Source: Eledone cirrhosa
Lineage: Eukaryota
DNA: 64,000 nucleotides
NCBI GenBank assembly: GCA_964016885.1
Contig: OZ024740.1
Location: 302,746,001-302,810,000, forward strand
Direction of reading: 5' to 3'
The notes under the pieces are model-generated. The model searched no databases and was not told the DNA's origin. It saw only the letters and a list, made by a program, of their open reading frames with translations. A program made the translations under genes and the position numbers. Of this stretch, positions 47,130 to 60,957 are shown in pieces. Numbering within the stretch: position 1 is the first letter of the stretch; every line of letters starts with the position of its first letter.

Positions 47130-47138
47130 GTATATATA

Positions 47139-47205
<67 letters not shown>

Positions 47206-47470
47206 TAAAACATGTCTATAGAATCACCAGATAAAATATACTATTTCATCTCCCAATTAGCATAATTAACCATATAAAAAATCGATTACACCAGCTATAC
47301 GATAGAGGCTTCTTTGAAGAAATCTCCGACAAATAACCGAAAGCAGCCCTTCGCGGCGGTTGCGACGGAGTATTTATCGAGTATTTCGACAGCGTGTATA
47401 AATCGTCCATATATACAGTCAACTAAACAGAATTAGGTGTAAAATAAACTAGGAGAAAAGTGAACATATG

Positions 47471-47603
<133 letters not shown>

Positions 47604-47647
47604 TCATCTTATCCCATAAACATTATTCTGTCCGAATCAGGGAAATA

Positions 47648-47695
<48 letters not shown>

Positions 47696-48287
47696 ACACA
47701 GGCTGATTGTATGACATCCAAGAAGCTAGTAGTTTCATAGTTTGGGATGACAGCAGTACGAGAGAATATTGATGGACAAATAGAAAACAACATTTCCCAC
47801 TGTTTTAAGTAGATTAATAATTCAGTAACCGAATAGAATTGAATAAATTCACATAAAAATGCTGAGACGTACATAAGAAAAACTCTGGGTGGTTCCGAAA
47901 GAAGAACATATATTTAAAATTTAATTTTCTGCCACACTTTAATTATTTTCTACGTACACCCACACATCCACACACCCCATACATACCTACACAAACATAT
48001 ATTGTGTGTATGTGTGTGTGTATAACATAATATGATATAAAGTTATGTACAGTTAGTGGTTTAAATATATTGGAAATAACGTGATGGTATTAAAATAAAT
48101 ATATATACTCGCATATGTTGTTACCAGTATAATTAAATATGTGACACCTTCCATACTTTAAGTAGATATAGTCCATGATATTGAACACTTTCGTGGCATT
48201 AAGTCCATCAAACAAGATATAGAATTGTATATATTGGTAGATAAAAGGAAAACCCTACTAATTTGTATATATATATATATATATATA

Positions 48288-48663
48288 TATAAACGTTTGT
48301 ATATGTATAATAAAGCCAAAACAATGCAGGTATGGACTAGAATAAAGAATGCAAATGCAAAAGATATTGTTGACAATTAGTCTTTTACCTTAGATTTATT
48401 TAAATGTCCTTAATTTTCGAGATAATATCTCTTCTTCAGAGGGAAGTAAAGCTGTTAATCCAGTGTTCTAAATAGCTATTTAGAACACTGGATTAACAGC
48501 TTTACTTCCCTCTGAAGAAGAGATATTATCTCGAAAATTAAGGACATTTAAATAAATCTAAGGTAAAAGACTAATTGTCAACAATATCTTTTGCATTTGC
48601 ATTCTTTTTCTATGTCCATACCTGCATTGTTTTGGCTTTATTATACATATACAAACGTTTATA
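48288..48663. repeat. Near-perfect spacerless palindrome (about 188-bp arms) with a hammerhead in each arm
   Basis: Centre between 48475 and 48476 (AATAG/CTATT); left arm abuts (TA)n. Confidence 0.92.
48509..48543 (+). ncRNA. Minimal hammerhead (mirror copy on minus strand 48408-48442)
   Basis: CCU-CUGAAGA-A-GAGA-UAUUA-UCUC-GAAAAUUA-AGG; stem III reduced to the palindrome AAUU; AATAAA at 48551. Confidence 0.7.
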
Positions 48664-48702
48664 CCTCATTACACAATGCTTCAAGTGAACTATAACCTCC
48701 TC

Positions 48703-48741
<39 letters not shown>

Positions 48742-48922
48742 GAGTGTGTGTGTATATATATATATATATAGATAGATAATATGAGTTTGTATATATATAT
48801 GTATATATATATATACAGTATATACACACATGTATGTAAAAAGTAAACAGAAATAACAACACAATCGGTACAGTATATGGAAGGGATATATTAGGTTAAC
48901 GCTTGATATAGCAGGAAGAGGG

Positions 48923-48958
48923 TCATAACGTTTCGGACGCTTTTCCTTCATCGGAAGA
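48923..48958 (-). ncRNA. Degenerate minimal hammerhead, family D
   Basis: Minus strand UCUU-CCGAUGA-A-GGA-AAAGCG-UCC-GAAACGUU-AUGA. Confidence 0.55.
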
Positions 48959-49023
48959 AAGAATGAGAAATAAGATAGATTGGGGGGACGGGCAGCATGG
49001 AATTGGAAAAAATATATTTAGAT

Positions 49024-49209
49024 TAGGACCCCGACGGCAGAGCTCAAGCCGTTTCGACGGCTATTTCAGTCCAGAACGAGCCGTCGAAACGGCTTGAGCT
49101 CTGCCGTCGGGGTCCTGAACCTTTACCTATTACCCACTCTACTACCCAAAGTATCGAGTACTCTGGTGCGTTATGGTCCAGCTGGTTCCTTACCACACTT
49201 CCTTCATTA
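49024..49209 (+). mobile_element. Family A fold-back mini-element, fused at its 3' end to a SINE 3' fragment (to about 49287)
   Basis: AGGACCCCGACGGC...GCCGTCGGGGTCCT plus tail with GTATCGAGTAC. Confidence 0.85.
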
Positions 49210-49300
49210 TACGGGGTCGATAAAATATAGAACCAGTAATGCACTGGTTATTTTGCCGGCCCCTTGTACCAAAAGTAGAAAAAATTATATATATATATAG

Positions 49301-49345
<45 letters not shown>

Positions 49346-49505
49346 TGTGTGTGTGTAGCGTCAGGTATTGATGTACTACAAAGGGGTTTGATTGTCAATC
49401 ATATGATCTGGCAGCAGTAAGGTTCTGTTTCAGTTTGGGCTCACCAATGCCTTGTGTGTAGAATTTGGTAGAAGGAAACTGCAGAATCCTACCATATATA
49501 TCTAT

Positions 49506-49597
<92 letters not shown>

Positions 49598-49731
49598 TTA
49601 CATAAACACAAACGCATATATATGTATTAGTTTCTGTGTGTGAGTAGCTATACACACACACACATAATATGTATACATATATATATATGTGTATATGTAT
49701 ATGTATGTATGTATGTATGTAAGTATGTATG

Positions 49732-49826
<95 letters not shown>

Positions 49827-49828
49827 GA

Positions 49829-49940
49829 TTGAACCAGTATTAAACTTGTTAAACCATTAATAAACAGAGTACTCGATACTTGGGAGTTTGACTATATTAG
49901 GAAGCTTCGGTGCCCGACGGCTGAGCTCTTGCCGTTAGTA
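49829..49940 (-). mobile_element. Diverged partial family A element
   Basis: AGAGTACTCGATACTTGGG...CCCGACGGCTGAGCTCTTGCCGTT. Confidence 0.55.
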
Positions 49941-49945
49941 CTAAA

Positions 49946-49987
<42 letters not shown>

Positions 49988-50345
49988 TCATCGTTCAACG
50001 TCCATCTTCCACGCTAGCATAGGTTACATATATAGTTCAAAATGACAAACAAAAAAACAAACGCAGCTTCACACTATCAGAAACATGCGCCATACAACCT
50101 GTAGAAGAAGGTCAAAGATTCTAAGGAATAAATCCGAGCATTTATTGAAATATATATATATATATATAGATAGATAGATATATAGATATATATACTCAGA
50201 GGCGGGGTTGAGCAGTGTGGCAGCATGCTAATACTACTACGTCCGTGTCAAAAACATAACACTCACTGTTTCCTCTCTGCTTTTTCCTAGCTTGTTTCCT
50301 TAAAGCTTACCATCATTCCGTTGGTATACATATATTATGCAATTT

Positions 50346-50403
50346 ACACCTGATGAGGTCACCGGGTTCTTACGCAACCTGGTCACTGAAATGTGTATAG
50401 TGT
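50346..50403 (+). ncRNA. Type I hammerhead ribozyme, family E, second member
   Basis: Stem I ACAC/GUGU (compensatory change relative to AUAC/GUAU at 44975); CUGAUGA; ACCGGGUU/AACCUGGU; GAAAUGUGUAUA; AATAAA at 50411. Confidence 0.8.
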
Positions 50404-50464
50404 TTACAGTAATAAAAAATTAAGGCAATTCAACATATTTGGCCTCCTGTACTTTCCCTTTGTA

Positions 50465-50562
<98 letters not shown>

Positions 50563-51199
50563 GGCGCGGGGCAACAATATTGTGTATGTGTGTATAGAAG
50601 CGAAATGGTTGGCAGAGCCGTTGTAGCGTTAGTTAAAATACCGAAGATACTCGTATTATCTCTTTGACCCTTAATTTCAAACCGCAATGAGTTCAAATTT
50701 CATCCTCCAGGATTACATGAAGAAATTCCTAAATACCATCATTTTTTTGTTGCTGTTGTTGTTTCTTTCTTTCTCCCTCTCCTCTCTCTCCTTCTCTCTC
50801 TCCTCCCGCCCCTCTCTCACTTTCTCTCTTTCTCTCTCTCTTTCCTGGATTGTCTGTAGGAGGAAAATCGGTGTATTCTGACCATGGGGTTGGATTGGGT
50901 CTGGCGTGTATAATATGTACTGCACCTTTAGTTAAAGGCTCAGGAGTTGAAGGGTATATGTTTTCACCCACAAGTATGTATGTGTACCCTCGTCAGTAGT
51001 ATAATTGTTTCATAATGGCGATGTTGGACTCCGAATTTAGTTAAATAAAATATATTATATATAAGACTTATGCCTCTGGAATATACACGGTTCTTTCAAA
51101 ATAAAAATTGACTCTCTGCAACCGAACATCTGTACACAAACAAGTACATGCACATACATACACACACAGACACATGCGCACGCATTTATATGTATAGAA

Positions 51200-51263
<64 letters not shown>

Positions 51264-51340
51264 CTGTCCTACGCCATTTTGTTTCAAAAGGGCGTAGGAC
51301 AGAACAAAGGAGAGGCACAGAAACAAAGAAAGGAATCCCC

Positions 51341-51385
51341 AGTCACTGAAGAGGTCACAGAGTGTGTGACGAAAGAACTATGACT
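51341..51385 (+). ncRNA. Minimal type I hammerhead ribozyme
   Basis: Stem I AGUCA/UGACU; CUGAAGA-G; stem II GUCACA-GAGUG-UGUGAC; GAAAG-AA-CUA; upstream hairpin 51261-51305 abuts (TA)n. Confidence 0.82.
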
Positions 51386-51618
51386 ATATATAAACAACTA
51401 TCTGGTTGTGGAACCAACCAACAAACCAGAAATTTATAAATTTATAAATTTGTAAATTTATAAATATATAATAAATTAAAGTGAAAGCAACTGGTGCGTG
51501 TGTTTCTTATTGGCAACATGACCCTCCCAAAGTATAACAATATCGGTTTCAACACACGATTTCAGATAAAGAATCTTGCTAAACAAATTCAGAAACGAAA
51601 TATATATATATATATATA

Positions 51619-51649
<31 letters not shown>

Positions 51650-51783
51650 GTAGATAAATCTACCAAGAGTTTACGGTAGTGTCCAATCCGTATGAAGAAC
51701 TCAATGTAATCCGGATATCATGGAAAGAAGAGATGCAATGAAAAATCACTTTCGGTGAAAGATAAACGGAATACAGAGTCAAG

Positions 51784-52198
51784 ATAAAATATTAAAAAAA
51801 TAATGAATAAAACAATGAAACAGTTCCTTATATTAAACAAAAAAAGTTCATTATTTAACGATCGTTTCTAGGATATATATGTGTTAGAATTGGCATGCAT
51901 ATTCAACAGATCTATGTACAAAATTATACAAAATTATACAAACTTTCAAAATTAAATATACATACCAAACACATATATATGCCGTTATTTCTGAAGACGG
52001 CATATATATGTGTTTGGTATGTATATTTAATTTTGATAGTTTGTATAATTTTGTATAATTTTGTACATAGATCTGTTGAATATGCATGCCAATTCTAACA
52101 CATATATATCCTAGAAACGATCGTTAAATAATGAACTTTTTTTGTTTAATATAAGGAACTGTTTCATTGTTTTATTCATTATTTTTTTAATATTTTAT
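51784..52198. repeat. Near-perfect palindrome (about 202-bp arms, 11-nt spacer)
   Basis: GCCGT-tatttctgaag-ACGGC at the centre; mirror ORFs 51884-52087 and 51895-52098 reflect the symmetry. Confidence 0.92.
51985..52131 (+). ncRNA. Type I hammerhead ribozyme with about 116-nt stem II
   Basis: Stem I UUAUUU/AAAUAA; CUGAAGA 51991-51997; rod AUAUAUAUGUGUU/AACACAUAUAUAU and UGGUAUGUAUAUU/AAUAUGCAUGCCA; GAAA 52114-52117; palindromic stem III ACGAUCGU; triplet GUU. Confidence 0.78.
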
Positions 52199-52215
52199 AT
52201 ATATATATATATATA

Positions 52216-52407
52216 TAACGAAGGAAATGTGGTAAGGAACCAGATGGACCATAACGCACCAAAGTACTCAATACTTAGGGTAGTAGAGTGGGTAATAGGA
52301 ACAAGTATGATCCCGACGGCAGAGCTCAAGCCGTTTCGACGGCTAATTCTTGACGGAATTAGCCGTCGAAACGGCTTGAGCTCTGCCGTCGGGGTCATAC
52401 TTGTTCC
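52216..52407 (-). mobile_element. Family A fold-back mini-element
   Basis: Tail plus palindrome TAGGAACAAGTATGA...TCATACTTGTTCCTA. Confidence 0.87.
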
Positions 52408-52440
52408 TATATATATATATAAATATATAAATATATATTT

Positions 52441-52517
52441 ATTATTTATTAAAATAACAGATTAAAGTTTAAGCAAAGAATCGCTGCTTTCACCCTTAAC
52501 GGGATCTTCTGAAAACT
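52441..52517 (-). ncRNA. Family C hammerhead island
   Basis: Near-identical reverse complement of 1125-1199, retaining the CAGAAGA core. Confidence 0.7.
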
Positions 52518-52578
52518 ATATTTGTTATATATTTTCCTTATCGAGCCCTCTTTGGATTTTAGTCTTCAATTTTATTAT

Positions 52579-52703
<125 letters not shown>

Positions 52704-52712
52704 CTATATATA

Positions 52713-52911
52713 TAACGCAGGAAGTGTGGCAAGGAATCAGGTGGACCATAACGCACCAGAGTACTCAATACTTAGGGTAGTAGAGTGGGTAATAGGAAAA
52801 TATACAAGACCCCAGCGGCAGAGCTCAAGCTGTTTCGACGGCTATTTCTGGACTCAGAAATACCCGTCGAAACAGCTTGAGCTCTGCCGTCGGGGTCTTA
52901 AACATGTTCCT
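52713..52911 (-). mobile_element. Family A fold-back mini-element
   Basis: Tail plus palindrome; both arms share a private change (AAGCTGTTTC/GAAACAGCTT). Confidence 0.85.
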
Positions 52912-52966
52912 ATATATATATGTGTGTGTGTGTGTCTGCGTGTGTGTGTGCGTGCGTATATAAATG

Positions 52967-53031
<65 letters not shown>

Positions 53032-53044
53032 GTGTATATATATG

Positions 53045-53077
<33 letters not shown>

Positions 53078-53371
53078 TTCTAGTAGCATTACAAGGGGTC
53101 CAACGAGCCGCAGATTACAGAGTCGGGTAAGATCGATACAGATCAAACCTTGAGCTGATCAGTGGCGAAACGCGCTTCACCAACTAATAAATGTAATGAG
53201 GAGTAACCAATCGTAACCACTATAATACACTCTGTCTAGCTCTACACCTCGACACTGAAGTGAACCTAAAAATCGAGTGCTCACCCGGGTGAACCTACAG
53301 TAACTCCAAGTTACACTCCCTGGATATATATATATATATATATAATACATACATATATATATATATATATA

Positions 53372-53419
<48 letters not shown>

Positions 53420-53526
53420 AAGTAATTCCGTCGGAAAGATCCAGGAAAAAAGGGTGCTCTCTGTAGGTAACAGAGCTTAATAGTAAATGAAATAATTGCC
53501 TTATGTTGTTTATTACATAACTTTAT

Positions 53527-53621
<95 letters not shown>

Positions 53622-53649
53622 GTACATAGGTATATGTATGACACATTTT

Positions 53650-54640
53650 CTCATTTACCTTTTCCAGCCATCCGGCTGAAGACATGCTGGGGCACCTACC
53701 TTGTTGCTTCACTTTCTATTCCCAGCCTGCGTTGGCGGGCCATTGATGTAGGAGGCAATGTGTTGCTGCAACACTTATGCTAGCTTCCTGCCGCGCTGAG
53801 GGTTCATCAGGGATCTCAAGATGTTTCTTTAATGCATCCACTTCCACACAATGTAGATTCTCAAGTTTCTTGGTAGCTTATTAAAAGTTGTGGGGGTCTT
53901 TGAACCCCAGTCTAATGCAATATCTGATTCGTTCTCTATATTTGAAAGATAGGACAATGACAATAACACAGACTACACAATGACATCCTCTTCGAGCGTT
54001 GGTCCAGCTCTCAATGCCAGAGTTTGGTACTATTCCTTCTATGATCATCCATATGTATATCACTGTGTACTTCTCCCAGCTTTGTTCCAAAGAGTAGAGT
54101 TTTAGTTCTTTAACCTCTCCCAGTAGCTCATCACCTTCATCGTGATAATTACCTTGGTGTAGCTTCGTTGGATTGCTTCAAGCTCGATGGTTAGTTTGCA
54201 CTATGGAGCGACCAGAGCTAGGTGAAATAGCTCAATCAGCTTATAGCAAATGTCCTCCATAGTGTCTCGGTCTCTTGTCTTGAAAGTCCTGAGTATCCAG
54301 CCAGCAAGTCGTCCACACATTGTCGCTATTTCATGATGTGAGAATGAAACAATGCATCATCGCTCATCTCTTTGCCCAGGTCTCGTATCGATTTCGACGC
54401 AGGGATTTCGATCCCTCCTGGTCCAGTGTAGCTTTGTTGTACTACCCTTGTGTTTGCAGGTTTTTATTGTAGGGCTTCACATTTTTCAGCATTAAATTGT
54501 ATTTTGTTGTCCTCAGCACATTTTTATATGACACCCAGATCTTGTTGCAAAAGAGAAGCGTCAGCTGGGTTCTTGATTGCCTGTGCTACCTTTGTGTCAT
54601 GAGCATATCTAGTGAGGTGTGCTGTATGTACTCCAGAGGG
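53650..54640 (-). mobile_element. CR1/L2-group LINE 3' fragment (decayed)
   Basis: Minus strand YAHDTKVAQAIKNPADASLLQQDL (YADDTK-like), RDLGKEMSDD, IYIWMIIEGIVPN; its 3'-end motif CATGCTGGG(G/T)CACC recurs at about 37512. Confidence 0.8.
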
Positions 54641-55542
54641 CGTACATAAAGCACACAATACTATGGGAGAGAAACTCTTACCAAATGCATTTCGGCTAGT
54701 AAGGACTACCTCATCTAATGTTTCCTGTCTTTATATAAGGCAGTGTGTTGTAATTTGAGGGAGATTGTGTTTCTATTCCTGGCAGTTCAAGTTGTATTTT
54801 AATGGCTCCTATAGTTTAATGTACAAGTGGATTTGTATTGTATGGTTACAATGGGTCTCTACCTAATGCTACAGTTTACATTCTCCTTAAATATGGATTT
54901 TCGCTAGCTTCTAGTATCATACTATCATCCCTGATTCTTCTTTTGTTTGTCAGAAATTAATTTCTCCTTATATCCGCAACGAAAGAAAGACCAAATGTAA
55001 TTGTTATCATTTTATTTTCCTGTTCTCTTCTCTCCTTACAGGTTATTATTGTTTCTCTTCTTACATATTCCTACTTTATTCTCTACTCCACTTATTCTGT
55101 CCTACATGGTAATACCGATCGAGATATTAGTATTGCTATTACAGTTCATACACATCGAAGTCTTCTCTCAAATTTGTATTAATCGAAGCACGATCTAGTT
55201 CATTTAATTCTTAATCCTTTCATGCAAATCTGAAATCATCAGTTTTCCTTTTAAATTCCTTAGGTATCTGGGAACTTTTAACTTCCACGTACGCACGCTT
55301 ACAGATACATTAAGACATGTGCGCTCACAAACAGACGTACACATAGATACACATACTGACACGCACATATATATAAATAAATGCCATTGTTACTTAATAA
55401 ATAAATCAACTAATACCTTAACACTTAACACAAAGTAAAACATTTCGTTTTAATCATTTTCTAACCCAGAAAAAAAGAGAGAAATAAATAAAAAAGGAAA
55501 AAAATATTTTTTTCTTCCTAATAATAATCTCTTTCTCCCTGT

Positions 55543-55649
<107 letters not shown>

Positions 55650-55650
55650 A

Positions 55651-55684
<34 letters not shown>

Positions 55685-55764
55685 ATGTATATGAATAAAT
55701 ACACATGCACACGTATATATTTTATAGTTTTATATATAAATATATATATATATATATTTATTAT

Positions 55765-55812
<48 letters not shown>

Positions 55813-56143
55813 GTACATGTTTATAGATGGGTATTTGGGAGTGCGCGTGGGAGTATGTGTGTGTGTGCGTGTGTGTATCGAAAGAATGTATTAGTACACA
55901 AAAGGTCCACAACATATGTAGCCAAATATTTCATTCGTCTCCAATACATTTCCCTCGAGCACTACACTGAGTAATATTTGGTGTGTTCAATTCTATGTCC
56001 AATGTCAACTGTGGTCTAAAGGAAAGTATAAACTCGAAAATCCAATGTAGCGGTGGAATGAATCATCGGCATCGTACGGGGTATAAATATGTACATTTGT
56101 TTATATATATGTGTGTGTGCGTGTGTGTGAGTGTATGTGGGTG

Positions 56144-56205
<62 letters not shown>

Positions 56206-56353
56206 CATACATATATATATAAATATATATATAAATATATACACATAAATAAACATACATATATATATATATTTTTATATATACATATATTTATATATAC
56301 AAATATGACCCTCCCCAAGTATAACAATATATATACATTTATAAATATATACC

Positions 56354-56391
<38 letters not shown>

Positions 56392-56442
56392 CTTAAATAT
56401 GTCTATACATAGAGATATGTATATATAAATATGTATAGATAT

Positions 56443-56492
<50 letters not shown>

Positions 56493-56804
56493 GTGTGTGT
56501 GCATGTGTGTGTGCGTGTGTGTGTGCGTGTGTGTGCGTGTGTGCATATATGTAAGTATGAATGTGCGGTAATGCCTCTCTGCTTAAGTAACTGTTCAATA
56601 TTTTACCGTTATTAAGTGTCGAACGTATTTAATATAAGGAAACACATTTTCTCAATTTTATAGAATAGGTAGATAGATAGATAGATAGATAGATAGTATA
56701 TCCATACATGAATATACCTTTCTGACTGCGTTTCTGTATGCATACGTACACACACATACATGTATACACAGATTTTTATATATATTTCTGTGTGTGTCTA
56801 TGTC

Positions 56805-56874
<70 letters not shown>

Positions 56875-56988
56875 GGAGGTGAGTTTTATTGTAGCACAAT
56901 AAAACAATGCAAATATCGGATAAGTAGCACTCAAATACTATATATGTTGATTTAACAAGTCTTTTTTAAGCTTCATATCATGTCTCCC

Positions 56989-57056
56989 TATTTTATCTGA
57001 TGAGAACGCAAATATCATCCCATGATATTTGTTTTTGAAATGCGCATAATAAAATA
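56989..57056 (+). ncRNA. Type I hammerhead ribozyme
   Basis: 8-bp stem I UAUUUUAU/AUAAAAUA; CUGAUGA 56997-57003; stem II GCAAAUAUCA-UCCCA-UGAUAUUUGU; GAAA 57037-57040; palindromic stem III AUGCGCAU; triplet AUA. Confidence 0.88.
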
Positions 57057-57086
57057 CATGGGACTCTTTTAACCATGTTTTGATTT

Positions 57087-57141
<55 letters not shown>

Positions 57142-57221
57142 CATACATTTACATAGTAATAATAATAAATGCGAAAACTAAAATATATATATATTTACAT
57201 ATATGTTATAGATATATTTAC

Positions 57222-57256
<35 letters not shown>

Positions 57257-57505
57257 GGTGTATGTGTGTGTGTCTTCTACGTATACAGATGCATAGGCAT
57301 GTGCGTGTGTGTGTATTTGTCTGTATGTGTGTGGTGAGAGCACGTACATATACGTGAGAGCATGCCTGTATCAGTTTGCGATGTTGCAAGCAATATGCAT
57401 TATTTTATAAACTTTGGGTGAGGCAATTTTTCATGGAAAATCAGGCAATGCTGTTTTCTGTAACAAACTAGTCGAGCTACTACTGCAAAATCCTAATATG
57501 TTTAA

Positions 57506-57619
57506 TAATTGTTTCTACTTTTGGCACAAGGCCAGCAATTACCCAGTACATTACTGGTACTTTATTTTATCGACCCCATAAGGATGAAAGGCAAAGTTAA
57601 CCTCGGCGGGATTTGAACT
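57506..57619 (-). mobile_element. SINE family 1, 3' part
   Basis: Same motifs as other copies. Confidence 0.82.
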
Positions 57620-57900
57620 AATGTGTTTAATAATATTTTAAGATTTTAAACATTTTCAATCCGTACACTATATTTTCTTTTAAATAAACTAATATATTGA
57701 ACATTTTTATACTCGAAATTTATAAATATATAAACATACACACCCACGTCATTTAAGTGTGATCAATTACAAACTCCTTCGCGATCTTACCGCTCTAGAT
57801 GGTGGAACGCAGGTCGTTAGACCAAATATCACAGCGTATTGTATGGAATGTTTGAACCTACTTATGTATATTCACATCTATAGATATACATATGCATATC

Positions 57901-57969
<69 letters not shown>

Positions 57970-58354
57970 GCACACACATACACATGTATGCGTACGTATA
58001 TTTGAGCATGTGAATGTGTGTATACTACAGTCATTCAGTTTGTGTTTAGAGTTTCCATACTTATATTTTTCATAGTTTTACCGTTTCTAGGTGAATGCTG
58101 CACTTATTAAATAGAGTGAAGAATGATGGCCACGACAGCCTCGCTTCCAATCAAACTACTACAACACTACATAGTGATGAAGAAAGTTTTTTTTTTTAAA
58201 TAAAATAATAAAGGAGTAACTACATGAATGAATGACTAAAAAATAATTAGAAAAACACTTTCACGGTAATCTGGTATGATTTATGGCCATAGACCATTGC
58301 TGTCAGGCAAAAGAATCACACACAACACATATATGTGTATGTTGTGTGGATGTC

Positions 58355-58438
<84 letters not shown>

Positions 58439-58492
58439 TATGCTTTCGAAGCAAATTCTCTTTCAAAAGAGAAATTGCTTAGAAATCACTAG

Positions 58493-58585
58493 ACGTGTCT
58501 GAGGAACTTGCGAATCTAGAGTCAGGTTCGATCCACAAACAGATCGCACCTCGAACTGTTCGCTGGAGAAACAATTGTAATACGT
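58493..58585 (+). ncRNA. Type I hammerhead ribozyme with 62-nt stem II region
   Basis: Stem I ACGUGU/AUACGU; CUGAGGA; GCGAA/UUCGC and CGAUC/GAUCG helices; GAAA 58568-58571; palindromic stem III ACAAUUGU; triplet GUA; AATAAA at 58586; upstream hairpin 58444-58485. Confidence 0.78.
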
Positions 58586-58626
58586 AATAAATTGTGTTCC
58601 GATGGATCACTGATTCTTCTTTTTCC

Positions 58627-58692
<66 letters not shown>

Positions 58693-58815
58693 TGTGTGTG
58701 AGTACAGATACATAGATAGGCATGGATATACCTGCATGGGATATTTTCTGATAGCTTTTTCCATATACCAGTATACCACGACTCACTACTACTTTTCCTC
58801 CACTATTGTCTCCGA

Positions 58816-58852
58816 TTATCTGATGAACAACTAGTGGCCGAAACGTTAAGAC
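58816..58852 (+). ncRNA. Degenerate hammerhead, family D
   Basis: CUGAUGA-A-CAAC-UAGU-GGCC-GAAACGUU-AAGAC; core intact, stems I and II damaged. Confidence 0.45.
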
Positions 58853-58956
58853 ACTTTTCCAACCATATCAAGCGTAAAACTAATAATACATTTCTTCGTG
58901 GTTCTGTCTCGTTTGCTATGCCATTTCTATTTGTCTTTTGCATATATATATATATT

Positions 58957-59098
<142 letters not shown>

Positions 59099-59144
59099 CG
59101 TGCGTGTGTGCGTGTGTGTGTGTGTAGGTGAGGTGTGTGGGAGA

Positions 59145-59405
59145 GTCCCGGGCTCAATCTGAGGTAACTACAGTTAGTAAGGTACTCAGTACATTAATAG
59201 AGTGTAAACATCAAGTTTAATAAGGAAATGGCTTCCACAGGACTAGAAGTGTTTCATACAAAAGAAATCATCACTCTTTCCTGATCATTTCTTTTGAAAC
59301 TGTTTAATCTTATAGAAGCTATTTCTATATTAAACTTGATGTTTACACTCTACTAATGTATTGAGTACCTCACTAACTGTGATAACCCACTACTGCACCC
59401 GAGAC
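59145..59405. mobile_element. Old family B fold-back with two near full-length arms
   Basis: Imperfect palindrome of about 125-bp arms centred at about 59275; a further fragment at 59540-59582. Confidence 0.75.
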
Positions 59406-59412
59406 TATCTAG

Positions 59413-59476
<64 letters not shown>

Positions 59477-59605
59477 TGTGTGTGTGTGCGTTGGTATGTG
59501 TGTGTGTTTGTGTGTGCAGCTGTGTATATATATTTTGTTAAACAGTTTACTCCTGTAGAATCCATTTCTATATTAAACTTTGTATATATATATATATATA
59601 TATAT

Positions 59606-59797
59606 AAGAAAAAGTATGACCCCGACGGTAGAGCTCAAGCCGTTTCGACGGCTATTTCTGGACGGCTATTTCGACGGCTATTTCAGTCCAGAAATAGCCG
59701 TCGAAACGGCTTGAGCTCTGCCGTCGGGGTCATACTTCCTCTTATTTCCCACTCAACTACCCTAAGTATTGAGTACTCTGGTGCGTTATGGTCCATG
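59606..59797 (+). mobile_element. Family A fold-back mini-element with triplicated GACGGCTATTTC at the centre
   Basis: GACGGCTATTTCTG-GACGGCTATTTC-GACGGCTATTTC-AGTCCAGAAATAGCCGTC. Confidence 0.85.
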
Positions 59798-59954
59798 ATG
59801 GTGCGTTATGTACTTAATCAAGACGAATTATTTCACAAGCAGGAATTTCCGTTGATTGTGACAACTGAAGCAGTCGTCGTCATAGATGATGAAGGTCCAA
59901 CACTCACGTACAGTTATACATATACAGTTATACTGACATACAGTTATAAATATG

Positions 59955-60022
<68 letters not shown>

Positions 60023-60109
60023 TTATTTATTTATCTATTTATATATATAAATGTATATATATACATTTATATATATATATATATATATCTATACATATCT
60101 ATCTATCTG

Positions 60110-60142
<33 letters not shown>

Positions 60143-60257
60143 GTATGTATGTACGCGTGTATATATATGTGTGTGTGTGTATGTATATATATATGTATAT
60201 ATGTATATATATATTTATATTAATATATTTATATTTATATTTATATAGATATAAGTT

Positions 60258-60683
<426 letters not shown>

Positions 60684-60860
60684 TATATACTTAGGGATAC
60701 AACAATTGCTAAAACGTACAAATAAGGGGCTTAATCAAGTTATTTCATTTATTTTCCACACACTGTGCGGAATTATAATTTGTATGTTTTCTCCTCAGCT
60801 CCAAAGTATATATCTTCTTGACATTCATTAAAAAAATAACCACCTTATTACTAATATTAC

Positions 60861-60954
<94 letters not shown>

Positions 60955-60957
60955 ATA

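Noticed and set aside
47305-47405. Possible decayed long-stem-II hammerhead (TTGAAGA...CGACAG)
   Set aside because: Imperfect hairpin present, but both core halves are mutated and no stem I is found
53145-53180. CTGATCAGTGGCGAAACGCGC
   Set aside because: Core mismatch, no stem II and no NUH triplet in register
55042-55108. Acceptor-like site (polypyrimidine-TACAG|G) giving a hydrophobic peptide in frame with MPQ
   Set aside because: T-rich DNA yields such signals and peptides by chance; weak donor and no homology
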